Of a stretch of DNA of 64,000 nucleotides, positions 46,998 to 55,868 are shown in pieces. Source of the DNA: Sphingopyxis sp. (GTDB taxonomy: Bacteria > Pseudomonadota > Alphaproteobacteria > Sphingomonadales > Sphingomonadaceae); assembly GCF_050725615.1 (NCBI RefSeq), contig NZ_JBOHHU010000004.1:17096-81095 (forward strand). The letters run 5' to 3'. How positions within the stretch are numbered: position 1 is the first letter of the stretch; every line of letters begins with the position of its first letter. The notes under the pieces are model-generated. The model worked only from the letters and a program-made list of their open reading frames with translations, was not told the origin of the DNA and did not search any database. A program made the position numbers and the translations under genes.

Positions 46998-48125
46998 ATG
47001 CGCGCAAGCTGCGACCTGTTGGGAGCCCCGCTCAGGATATTGATGATTTCGCCGCAGCCCTGGACCGGGCTGCAGGTATCGAAGCATCATTATGCCCGCG
47101 AACTCGCAGCGCTCGGCCATCATGTCTTTTTCGTCAACCCGCCGGGCGGCAGCGACCGCGTCCGCCTGTCGCCGAGCGACCATCCGGCGATCACGCTGGT
47201 CGATCACCCCCGTATGCCGCTCGCCCGCGCCAAATATCGCGCGCGCTGGCTGTTCATCGCGGCCGCGCGCTCTCGCGCCAGGGCGCTTGCCCGCGCGATC
47301 GGGCCGTTCGACTTGCTGTGGGATTTCGACAATGCGCGGCAGTTCGCCGATCATCGGCCTTTTCGCGCCCCGCTCTCGATCCTGCATGTCGTCGACATGC
47401 TCGATCCGGGCGACATCATGCATCGCGGCGCCGACCTGATCTTGGGCGTCGACGCATCGCTGATCGCCGAGATCGCGCTATCGCCCGCGCCGCGCCACGT
47501 CGTCGGCCATGGCCTGTCGCCGCTGTTCGCCGCGGCGGCGCGGAGCCGCCTCGCATCGCCGCGCACGCGCGTCGCCGACGCGCCGGTCATCATCGGCTTC
47601 ATCGGCAACCTTGCCCAGCCGGCGATGGATCGCGCCCGTGTCGCGGCGCTCGTCGCCGCGCATCCCGCGTGCTGCTTTCGCTTCATCGGCCCCGTTGCGG
47701 GGGAAACCCCGGAAATCCGGGCCTGGGCCGACAGGCTGATCGCGCAGCCGAACGTCGAGATGGCCGGCCTGTTGACCGGCGATGCGTTGATCGCGGCGAC
47801 CGGCGACGTCGATATCTGGCTGCTGCCCTATGATGTCGCGCGCGATCGCAATCGCGGGGTCAATTCGCACAAATTGCTCGAATATTTCGCGCTCGGCGGC
47901 GAAGTGGTGAGCAGCCCGATCGCGGCGCAGGCCGACGCGCCGGGCATATTCATGGCGCCGCGCGACGATCCGGACGCCATCGCGGGGCAACTCGACGCCG
48001 CCATTGCGGCGGTCCGCGAAGGCCGGGATACAGGAGCCCGCGCGCGCGCCGACCTCGCTTTGGCCAACAGCTACCGCGCCAATCTCGATCGCATCGCCGC
48101 TTATCTGAAGGACAGCACGACATGA
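46998..48125 (+). CDS. Glycosyltransferase (GT-B)
   Basis: SKHHYA, FIGNL, NSHKLLEYFALG. Confidence 0.78.
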   Translation: MRASCDLLGAPLRILMISPQPWTGLQVSKHHYARELAALGHHVFFVNPPGGSDRVRLSPSDHPAITLVDHPRMPLARAKYRARWLFIAAARSRARALARAIGPFDLLWDFDNARQFADHRPFRAPLSILHVVDMLDPGDIMHRGADLILGVDASLIAEIALSPAPRHVVGHGLSPLFAAAARSRLASPRTRVADAPVIIGFIGNLAQPAMDRARVAALVAAHPACCFRFIGPVAGETPEIRAWADRLIAQPNVEMAGLLTGDALIAATGDVDIWLLPYDVARDRNRGVNSHKLLEYFALGGEVVSSPIAAQADAPGIFMAPRDDPDAIAGQLDAAIAAVREGRDTGARARADLALANSYRANLDRIAAYLKDSTT

Positions 48126-48988
48126 GCATGGAGATCAGCGCGAACAGCCGGCTGGCCAACCGCATCCTGCGCCGGCTCGGCCAATTCGCCCGGCTCAATC
48201 GCGAGGTCGAGGCGAGCGTCGACGGCCGCCCGGTCGCCATACCCGTCTCCGCCGGGTTGATGGCCGAACTGACCGAGCCGTGGATGCTCGCCCTGCTACG
48301 CCGGTTGATGGGCATGGCGCCGGGCGCCTTCGTCGATGTCGGGGTCAATCTCGGCCAGACGCTGATCAAGACGAAGACGATCGACCCGGCGCGCCGCTAT
48401 GTCGGTTTCGAGCCCAATCCGGTGTGCGTCCATTATGTCGAGGAACTGGTCGCGGCGAACGACTGGCGCGATTGCCGCGTGGTGCCCGCCGGGCTCGGCC
48501 TTAAGAGCGGTATCGTGACGCTCGAACTCTACCACGGCCGCAGCGGCGATTCGGCCGCGTCGATCGTCGAGGGGTTTCGTCCGGGCGAGGCGATCACCTT
48601 TCGCAAGACCGTCGCGATCCTAGGCGCCGACGACCTGCCCGACGACCTGCTCACCGCGCCGGTCGGCCTGATCAAGATCGATGTCGAGGGCGCCGAAGCC
48701 GACGTCATCGACGCCCTGGCGCCCGTCATCGCGCGCGATCGTCCGCTGGTGTCGATGGAGATCCTGCCCTGCTACGACAGCGGGCGCACCGACCGCATCG
48801 CACGCCAGGCGCGGATCGAGGCGCGGTTCGCCGACCTCGATTATCGTATCCTGCGCGTGCTGCACGAAGGGCGCGGCGGCTCCTATGAGCTGACACCGAT
48901 CGACAGCATCGGCATCCATGGCGACCTGGTGCTGTGCGAATATGTGATCTGCCCCGCCGAACGCGTCGACGCATGCCTCGCCGGCTGA
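48122..48988 (+). CDS. FkbM family methyltransferase
   Basis: FVDVGVNLGQ, GFEPN, KIDVEGAE. Confidence 0.88.
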   Translation: MSMEISANSRLANRILRRLGQFARLNREVEASVDGRPVAIPVSAGLMAELTEPWMLALLRRLMGMAPGAFVDVGVNLGQTLIKTKTIDPARRYVGFEPNPVCVHYVEELVAANDWRDCRVVPAGLGLKSGIVTLELYHGRSGDSAASIVEGFRPGEAITFRKTVAILGADDLPDDLLTAPVGLIKIDVEGAEADVIDALAPVIARDRPLVSMEILPCYDSGRTDRIARQARIEARFADLDYRILRVLHEGRGGSYELTPIDSIGIHGDLVLCEYVICPAERVDACLAG

Positions 48989-48995
48989 CCGGTAG

Positions 48996-49790
48996 TCAGA
49001 GCGTCTTAGGGTAGAGACCCAGCTTGCGCTTGATCCGCCGCTCGAGCAGCTCGCGCCGCCCGAGGTTGAACAGCGTGATCGGCCGATCGAACATCGTCCG
49101 CTCGGACAAATGGGCGCCGCGAAGCCGCGGACTGGTCACCAGCATCGCACGATAGTGTTCGGCGACGGCGGGGCGCGCGACGAACAATTTATATTGCGTG
49201 ATCAGAAAGGGTTGCAGCCGGTCCTTCATCTCGGTGAGGAGATGGATCGCGGCCACCGACACGTCGGGCCAGCCGACGCCGAAAAAATCATGGACGATCA
49301 TCACGCCATCGTCGGCGAGAACGGCTTCGGCGAGGCGCATGTCGTGGATCACATTCCGGTAAGCGTGGCCGCCATCGACGCTGAACAGCCGGACCTCGCC
49401 GATCCTTGCCCGCAGCGTTTCGGCGGTGAGCGTCAACGAATCGACCGTCCACACCTCCGGCTCATCGAGCGCGATGCCCAGCCTGGCCCGATTGTCGAAA
49501 AAGGCCGTGTCCCGGCCCGCGTGGATGCCGGTGTTCAGACCGTCGTCCTGAAACAGGTCGATCGCCAGCGCGCGTTCGCCCGCCTGGCGCAGCAGCGCGA
49601 GGATAAAGAACAGCTTGCCGTGATGCACGCCGATTTCGGCGAGATTGCCCGCGATCCCCTGTTCGGCCTGCCAGCGGCCGACCGCGTCGATCGCCGCCGC
49701 CTCGACAGGGCCGAAATAGCCGGCGACGGCCTCGATCTGACGGTCGATATAGCGGTCCAGCGCGGCGAAATTGGCGGCCAAAGAGTCCAC
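48996..49790 (-). CDS. Class I SAM-dependent methyltransferase (Methyltransf_24-like)
   Basis: EIGVHHGK, IDLF, SVDGGHAY, GVMIVHDF. Confidence 0.8.
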   Translation of the reverse strand: MDSLAANFAALDRYIDRQIEAVAGYFGPVEAAAIDAVGRWQAEQGIAGNLAEIGVHHGKLFFILALLRQAGERALAIDLFQDDGLNTGIHAGRDTAFFDNRARLGIALDEPEVWTVDSLTLTAETLRARIGEVRLFSVDGGHAYRNVIHDMRLAEAVLADDGVMIVHDFFGVGWPDVSVAAIHLLTEMKDRLQPFLITQYKLFVARPAVAEHYRAMLVTSPRLRGAHLSERTMFDRPITLFNLGRRELLERRIKRKLGLYPKTL

Positions 49791-49814
49791 TCCGTCGAAT
49801 AAAAGGGCGTGGCC

Positions 49815-51779
49815 TCAGCCCGCCAGCGGCGCCTGGACGTCGGCGCTGGCCTGATTGACCTCTTCGGGGGGGCGAAACTCGGGGACAAGGTCGTGGAGCA
49901 GGTCAAGGCATTCCTCTGCCCGGCCATGGTCCATCGCCTCGCGCAGGGTGTCGAGCTTGGCCGACAAATCGCTCCATTCGAGCATCGCCTCGCGCGCCTG
50001 CATGATGCGGCTGTGGCTCGTCGGCTTGGGGTCGTCGCCGATCAGCAGCTCTTCATAGAGTTTCTCGCCCTGGCGCAGTCCGACCTCGGCAATCTCGATG
50101 TCGCCATCGGGATGATGCTCGTCACGCACCGTCAGGCCCGACAGATTGATCATCGTACGCGCGAGTTCGATGATCCGCACCGGTTTGCCCATATCGAGCA
50201 CGAACACCTCGCCGCCCTTCGCCATCGCGCCCGCCTGGATGACGAGCTGTGCCGCCTCGGGGATGGTCATAAAGAAGCGCGTGACGTCGCGGTGCGTGAC
50301 CGTCACCGGACCGCCATTCTTGATCTGCTCGCGGAACAAGGGGACGACCGACCCGCTCGACCCCAGCACATTGCCGAAGCGCACCATCGCGAAAATCGTC
50401 TTGCTGCCGCGGCTTGCGAGACCCTGCAGGACCAGTTCGCACACGCGTTTCGACGCACCCATGACATTGGTCGGGCGCACCGCCTTGTCGGTGCTGATCA
50501 GCACGAAATTGGTGACCCCGACCCGGTCGGCTTCGGTCGCCATGAACAAGGTGCCGCAAACATTGTTGCCGATGCCGGCGATCGGGTTCGCTTCGACCAG
50601 CGGCACATGCTTGTAGGCGGCGGCGTGGAAGATCGTATCGGGCCGCCAGCGCGCGAGCAGGCGCCGGACGGTGGACTGGTCGGTGACGTTGCCGAGTTCC
50701 TCGATCAGTTCGGGCTGCTGTCCGTCGGGCAGTTCGGCGATCGCCGCCTGCAATTCCTGGCCGATCGCATAAAGGCCATATTCGGATGATTCGACCAGGA
50801 TCAGCTTGTCGGGACGCATCGTCACGATCTGACGGGTCAGCTCGCTGCCGATCGATCCGCCGGCGCCGCTGACCATCACCGTCTTGCCGACGATCGTCCG
50901 TCCGAGCAGCAACTGGTTCGGCGGCACCGGATCGCGCCCGAGCAAATCCTCGATCTGCACGTCGCGCAGGTCGCTGACCGATACCTGTTCGTCGATGATC
51001 TGCCGCATATCGGGCAGCATGCGGACGCGAATGGGCCAGTCTTCGAGTGATTTCATCACCCGGCGGCGCTTCGAGCGCGTGACATGCGGCAGCGCGAGCA
51101 GCACGTCGGTGACGCCATAGCTGTCGACCAGATAGGGAAGTTTCGGGCGCGAATAGATCGGCACGCCGTCGATGATCTCGCCCTCGATCTTGCGATCGTC
51201 GTCGATGAAGCCGACGAGGCGCATCGCGGGATCGCTGCGCAGCGCCATCGCCAGCTGCTGCCCGGCCTCGCCCGCGCCGTAAATCAGCGCGATCGACTGT
51301 TGCTGGATATCGCGGCGCTTGAGCAGGTCGACGACGGCATAGCGCGCGACGATGCGGGTCATCGCCAGGAAAAGCAGGAAGATGATCGGCTGGATCACCG
51401 CCACGGTGCGCGGGACCCCGTGCATGCCGACGATACCGAAAATGACGATCATCGGGATCGCATAGAGCATGACCGAATAGGCCAGCCCGACCATCGTCCG
51501 GCCGCCCGAAAAGCGCAGAATCGAGCTGTAGGTGCCGCGCATCAGGAAGATCGGAAGCCAGCTCGACAGGGCGATCACCGATGCGAGGCCGACCGCCGAT
51601 TCGAAAATCCGCCATTGTCCGAGCCGCAACGAAAAGGCGACAAGCACCGCCGCGACGCAGAGCAAGGCATCGGCGACGATCAGGATCGCGCGCTTCTCGC
51701 TACGCCCCAGCGCGACGAGCGACGCCAGAACGGCCAGGATCCGCTCCTCGACCACTCCCCAGATCCGCCCCAAGATCAT
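49815..51779 (-). CDS. UDP-GlcNAc 4,6-dehydratase, WbpM/CapD/PglF family
   Basis: Four N-terminal TMs, IYGAGEAG, GAGGSIGSE, HAAAYKHVP, STDKAVRP, RFGNVLGSSGSV; start at 51779. Confidence 0.92.
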   Translation of the reverse strand: MILGRIWGVVEERILAVLASLVALGRSEKRAILIVADALLCVAAVLVAFSLRLGQWRIFESAVGLASVIALSSWLPIFLMRGTYSSILRFSGGRTMVGLAYSVMLYAIPMIVIFGIVGMHGVPRTVAVIQPIIFLLFLAMTRIVARYAVVDLLKRRDIQQQSIALIYGAGEAGQQLAMALRSDPAMRLVGFIDDDRKIEGEIIDGVPIYSRPKLPYLVDSYGVTDVLLALPHVTRSKRRRVMKSLEDWPIRVRMLPDMRQIIDEQVSVSDLRDVQIEDLLGRDPVPPNQLLLGRTIVGKTVMVSGAGGSIGSELTRQIVTMRPDKLILVESSEYGLYAIGQELQAAIAELPDGQQPELIEELGNVTDQSTVRRLLARWRPDTIFHAAAYKHVPLVEANPIAGIGNNVCGTLFMATEADRVGVTNFVLISTDKAVRPTNVMGASKRVCELVLQGLASRGSKTIFAMVRFGNVLGSSGSVVPLFREQIKNGGPVTVTHRDVTRFFMTIPEAAQLVIQAGAMAKGGEVFVLDMGKPVRIIELARTMINLSGLTVRDEHHPDGDIEIAEVGLRQGEKLYEELLIGDDPKPTSHSRIMQAREAMLEWSDLSAKLDTLREAMDHGRAEECLDLLHDLVPEFRPPEEVNQASADVQAPLAG

Positions 51780-52561
51780 GCGGAGACGCTCTCCCCGGTC
51801 TTGAGGAAGCGCTGGCTTTGCCCTTCGAGCACCAGCGCGGTGAGCTTGCCGCTGCGATAGGCGCCGGTATCGATGCCGATGCGGTTCGCGCGGCAATCGA
51901 CATCGGGGGTGATCGTGTGGCCGTGAACGACCATCACGCCATGATCCCGGTCGTCGTCGAGAAACTCGTCGCGAATCCAGCGCAGGTCGTGAACCTGCTG
52001 CTGGTCGAGCGGGCGTCCAGGAAAAATCCCTGCATGAACAAAGAGATAGTCGCCAATCTGCACATAATCCACCATCGAGCGGAACAAACGAACATGCGAA
52101 GCCGGTATGCCGGCGTGAATTTTGGCGACCAGAGCCTCTCTATCCCCGAAAATGGCCGCTTCTTCAAGTCCGTAGCTTTCGAGCGCCTGTTCGCCGCCAT
52201 AACGGATCCAGCCGGGCAGTTGCGAATGGGCCCCGTCGAGAATCTCGAGCAGCGCCTCTTCATGGTTGCCCATCAGCAGATGCATCTCGTCGATGCCCGC
52301 CGGTTTGGTCAACAAACGCTCGACGACCTGTGCCGATTGCGGGCCGCGATCGATGAGATCGCCGAGCATCACGAGATGGACGGTGTCGGCGGGATTACGC
52401 GCGCCCTCATCGGCGATCCGCGCGATCAGCGCGTCGAGCAGGTCGAGCCGGCCGTGAACATCGCCGATCGCATAGACGCGCGTGCCCGGCGGCACTTGTG
52501 GCCAATCTTCCTGGGCGGGTTCGGGGGCGGCCTCCTTGCGGCCAAAAAGTCTTTTCAACAT
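51776..52561 (-). CDS. Metallophosphoesterase, PPP-family protein phosphatase-like
   Basis: GDVHG, GDLIDRG, GNHE, HAG, HGHT, IDTG motifs; its TGA overlaps the ATG of the wbpM-like gene. Confidence 0.88.
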   Translation of the reverse strand: MLKRLFGRKEAAPEPAQEDWPQVPPGTRVYAIGDVHGRLDLLDALIARIADEGARNPADTVHLVMLGDLIDRGPQSAQVVERLLTKPAGIDEMHLLMGNHEEALLEILDGAHSQLPGWIRYGGEQALESYGLEEAAIFGDREALVAKIHAGIPASHVRLFRSMVDYVQIGDYLFVHAGIFPGRPLDQQQVHDLRWIRDEFLDDDRDHGVMVVHGHTITPDVDCRANRIGIDTGAYRSGKLTALVLEGQSQRFLKTGESVSA

Positions 52562-52783
52562 GGTCTTACCGATTGATCCTGACGCCCAGCCCCATCGCCG
52601 GTTCACCGCTGCGGCGCGCCGACAACGCGCGAAGGGGCGATAGGGATGCCTATGCCCCGCCATTTACCCGCGATTGGCGCAATGACAAGGATCACAGCCG
52701 GGTCATTTTGATGCGCGGTTAAGCGGATAACAACCAAAATCTCCTAGGCGTGGGCGCATGAACCCCCGATATATGAGCGCGCG

Positions 52784-53899
52784 ATGAAAGTGATGACGGT
52801 GTTCGGGACGCGTCCCGAAGCGATCAAGATGTTCCCCGTGGTGCACGCTTTGCGGCGCCAGACGGGGCTCGACGTGCGGGTGTGCGTCACCGCGCAGCAT
52901 CGCGAAATGCTCGATCAGGTGCTCGACATCGCGCGCATCACCCCCGACATCGACCTTGACGTCATGCAGGCGAACCAGACGCTCGACGGGCTGCTGGCGC
53001 GGCTCGTGGTGGGGCTCGGGGAGACCTTCGATGCCGAAAAGCCCGATCGCATCCTCGTCCATGGCGACACGCTGACGACGATGGCGGCGACCTTATCCGC
53101 ATATTTTCGCAAGATCCCCGTCGGCCATGTCGAGGCGGGCCTGCGCAGCGGCAATATCTATCACCCTTGGCCCGAGGAAGTGAACCGCAAGGTCACCGGC
53201 GCGGTCGCCGACCTGCATTTCGCACCGACGGAGACGGCGGCGGCCGCGCTGCGCGCCGAAAATGTCCCGGCGGCCAATATCCACATCACCGGCAATACGG
53301 TGATCGACGCGCTGCTCGCGACCAAGGCGCGCATCGACGAGGAGCCCGCGCTCGCCGCCGGGCTCGATCCGCTGCTCGCGCGCTTTGCGGGCCAGCGCAT
53401 CGTTGCGGTCACCTCGCACCGCCGCGAGAATTTCGGTGACGGCATGAAGGCGATTGCCGACGCGATCGCCGCGATCGCGGCGCGGCCCGACGTCGCGGTC
53501 ATCTTTCCGGTCCATCCCAACCCGCATGTCCGCGCCGCAATGGAGCCCATTCTCGGCGCCCTGGCCAATGTCGCGCTGATCGATCCGCTCGACTATCCGC
53601 ATTTCGTGCGGCTGCTCGCATCGAGCGAATTGGTGCTCACCGACAGCGGCGGGGTGCAGGAAGAAGCGCCCTCGCTCGGCAAGCCGGTGCTGGTGATGCG
53701 CGAGACGACCGAGCGGCCCGAAGGCATCGAAGCGGGCACCGCGCGGCTCGTCGGCACCAACAAGGACCGCATCGTTTCCGAAATTTTCAGCCTTTTGGAC
53801 GATGAAGGGGCCTATGCCGCCATGGCGCGCGCCCATAATCCCTTTGGCGACGGCACGGCAGGCACCCAGATTGCGGAGATTGTCGCGCGTGCCCGTTGA
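52784..53899 (+). CDS. wecB: UDP-N-acetylglucosamine 2-epimerase (non-hydrolysing)
   Basis: GTRPEAIK, HGDT, HVEAGLRS, PEE.NR, TDSGGVQEE. Confidence 0.95.
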   Translation: MKVMTVFGTRPEAIKMFPVVHALRRQTGLDVRVCVTAQHREMLDQVLDIARITPDIDLDVMQANQTLDGLLARLVVGLGETFDAEKPDRILVHGDTLTTMAATLSAYFRKIPVGHVEAGLRSGNIYHPWPEEVNRKVTGAVADLHFAPTETAAAALRAENVPAANIHITGNTVIDALLATKARIDEEPALAAGLDPLLARFAGQRIVAVTSHRRENFGDGMKAIADAIAAIAARPDVAVIFPVHPNPHVRAAMEPILGALANVALIDPLDYPHFVRLLASSELVLTDSGGVQEEAPSLGKPVLVMRETTERPEGIEAGTARLVGTNKDRIVSEIFSLLDDEGAYAAMARAHNPFGDGTAGTQIAEIVARAR

Positions 53900-55184
53900 T
53901 ATCGAACAGAAAGTCACCGTCGTCGGCCTCGGCTATATCGGCCTGCCGACCGCCGCGCTGATCGCGCGCTCGGGCTGCAAGGTCACCGGCATCGACGTCA
54001 GCGCGCACGTCGTCGAGACCGTCAACAACGGCAAGGTGCATATCGAGGAAGTCGACCTCGACGGCCTGGTCCAGGGCGTCGTGTCGCGCGGCGCGCTCGT
54101 CGCCTCGACGACAATGGTCGCCGCCGACACCTTCGTCATCGCGGTGCCGACCCCACACGACGCGGAACATCGCCCCGACATCTCGTATGTGCTCGACGCC
54201 GCGCGCTCGATCGCCAAGGTGCTCGTGCCGGGCAATCTGGTAATCCTCGAATCGACCTCGCCGGTCGGGACGACCGAAAAGGTCGCCGAGTTGCTCGCCG
54301 CCGAGCGCCCAGACCTCAAGGTTCCCGGCCGCTGCGCCGGAACCCCCGACATCTTCGTCGCTTATTGCCCCGAGCGCGTCTTGCCCGGCCGCATCCTGAT
54401 CGAGCTGGTCGACAACGACCGCTGCATCGGCGGCATCACCCCGCGCTGCGCGCGCCGCGCGATGACCTTCTACCGCCAGTTCGTGCGCGGCGCCTGTGTG
54501 ACCACCACCGCGCGCGCCGCCGAAATGGTCAAGCTGGTCGAGAACAGCTACCGCGACGTCAACATCGCCTTCGCGAATGAATTGTCGATGATCGCCGACA
54601 AGATGGGGGTCGATGTCTGGGACGTGATCCGCCTCGCCAACCTCCACCCGCGCGTGAACATCCTGCAGCCGGGCCCCGGCGTCGGCGGCCATTGCATCGC
54701 GGTCGACCCCTGGTTCCTCGTCCATGGCGCGCCTGACGAGAGCCGGCTGATCCGCACCGCGCGCGAGGTTAACCTGTCGAAGACCGCGCATGTCATCGCC
54801 GCGACCGCCGCACTCGTCGCGAGCCATCCGCAGGCGAAGGTCGGCGTGCTCGGGCTCGCTTTCAAACCCAATATCGACGATTTCCGCGAAAGCCCCGCAG
54901 TCGAAGTCGCCGCCGCGCTCGCGCGCCAGTTCGGCAAGCGGATTCAGGTCGTCGAGCCCTTCGCCAAGGGCTTGCCGATGGAATTCGCCGGCAGCGGCGC
55001 CGAGCTCGTCGAACTCGACGATGCACTCGCCGATTGCGACGTGATGATCGTGCTGGTCGACCATGACGTGTTCAAATCGGTCCCGCTCGAGGAACGCAGC
55101 GGCAAGATCGTCTATGACACGCGCGGCCTGTGGCCCGATCAGGGCTGGCCGGCGGCCGCGAGCGCACCGCGCGCGGTGGCGTAA
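53889..55184 (+). CDS. wecC: UDP-N-acetyl-D-mannosamine dehydrogenase
   Basis: GLGYIGLPTA, ESTSPVGTT, PERVLPG, GGHCIAVDPWF; GTG start at 53889. Confidence 0.93.
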   Translation: MPVDIEQKVTVVGLGYIGLPTAALIARSGCKVTGIDVSAHVVETVNNGKVHIEEVDLDGLVQGVVSRGALVASTTMVAADTFVIAVPTPHDAEHRPDISYVLDAARSIAKVLVPGNLVILESTSPVGTTEKVAELLAAERPDLKVPGRCAGTPDIFVAYCPERVLPGRILIELVDNDRCIGGITPRCARRAMTFYRQFVRGACVTTTARAAEMVKLVENSYRDVNIAFANELSMIADKMGVDVWDVIRLANLHPRVNILQPGPGVGGHCIAVDPWFLVHGAPDESRLIRTAREVNLSKTAHVIAATAALVASHPQAKVGVLGLAFKPNIDDFRESPAVEVAAALARQFGKRIQVVEPFAKGLPMEFAGSGAELVELDDALADCDVMIVLVDHDVFKSVPLEERSGKIVYDTRGLWPDQGWPAAASAPRAVA

Positions 55185-55208
55185 AGGCACCGCCCCCTCT
55201 TCCCGAGC

Positions 55209-55236
55209 GTGTCTCGACTTCGCTCGACACAAACGG
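55209..55236. repeat. Solitary REP-like palindromic element
   Basis: GTGTCTCGACTTCGCTCGACACAAACGG can fold (TCGA/TCGA or GTGTC/GACAC); resembles a recalled sphingomonad intergenic repeat; single copy in this window. Confidence 0.5.
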
Positions 55237-55259
55237 AATAAGGTGGGCGCGGCCCTCCC

Positions 55260-55288
55260 CTTGCGCGCCCCGCCCCACTCTCCCATAT
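55260..55288 (+). promoter_or_regulatory. Putative sigma32 (RpoH) promoter of hslVU
   Basis: CTTG-N18-CCCATAT ending 7 nt before the hslV ATG. Confidence 0.65.
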
Positions 55289-55295
55289 CCGCCGC

Positions 55296-55862
55296 ATGAC
55301 CGAACCCCATGCGCATAGTGCCTCGCCCTGGCACGGAACCACCATCCTTTCCGCCCGCAACGCCGACAAGGTCGTCATCATCGGCGACGGCCAGGTGTCG
55401 ATGGGCCAGACGGTGATGAAGCCCAACGCCCGCAAGGTCCGCCGCCTCCATGACGGCAGCGTCATCGGCGGCTTCGCGGGCGCCACCGCCGACGCCTTCA
55501 CCCTGTTCGAGCGGCTCGAAGCCAAGCTCGAACGCCACAATGGCCAGTTGCTGCGCGCTGCGGTCGAGCTCGCCAAGGACTGGCGCACCGACAAATATCT
55601 CCGCAACCTCGAGGCGATGATGATCGTCGCCGACAAGGAGGTGACGCTGGTCATCACCGGCAACGGCGACGTGCTCGAACCCAAGGGCGGCATCGCCGCG
55701 ATCGGGTCGGGCGGCAATTTTGCGCTGTCGGCGGCGCGCGCGCTGGTCGATTACGAAAAGGACCCGGAGGTGCTGGTGCGCAAGGCGATGGAAGTTGCCG
55801 CCGACATCTGCGTCTATACCAACGACCAGTTCACCCAAGAAACCATCGAAATTCAGGCATAA
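55296..55862 (+). CDS. hslV: ATP-dependent protease subunit HslV
   Basis: HGTTI after a short propeptide, [18 protein letters not shown]. Confidence 0.96.
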   Translation: MTEPHAHSASPWHGTTILSARNADKVVIIGDGQVSMGQTVMKPNARKVRRLHDGSVIGGFAGATADAFTLFERLEAKLERHNGQLLRAAVELAKDWRTDKYLRNLEAMMIVADKEVTLVITGNGDVLEPKGGIAAIGSGGNFALSAARALVDYEKDPEVLVRKAMEVAADICVYTNDQFTQETIEIQA

Positions 55863-55868
55863 CTCCCC

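Noticed and set aside
52715-52740. CtrA-like box (TTGT-N7-TTAAC on the minus strand) in the phosphatase/wecB divergent gap; also a lone TTAA at 58256
   Set aside because: Only half-sites, with two mismatches in the other half; not distinguishable from chance.
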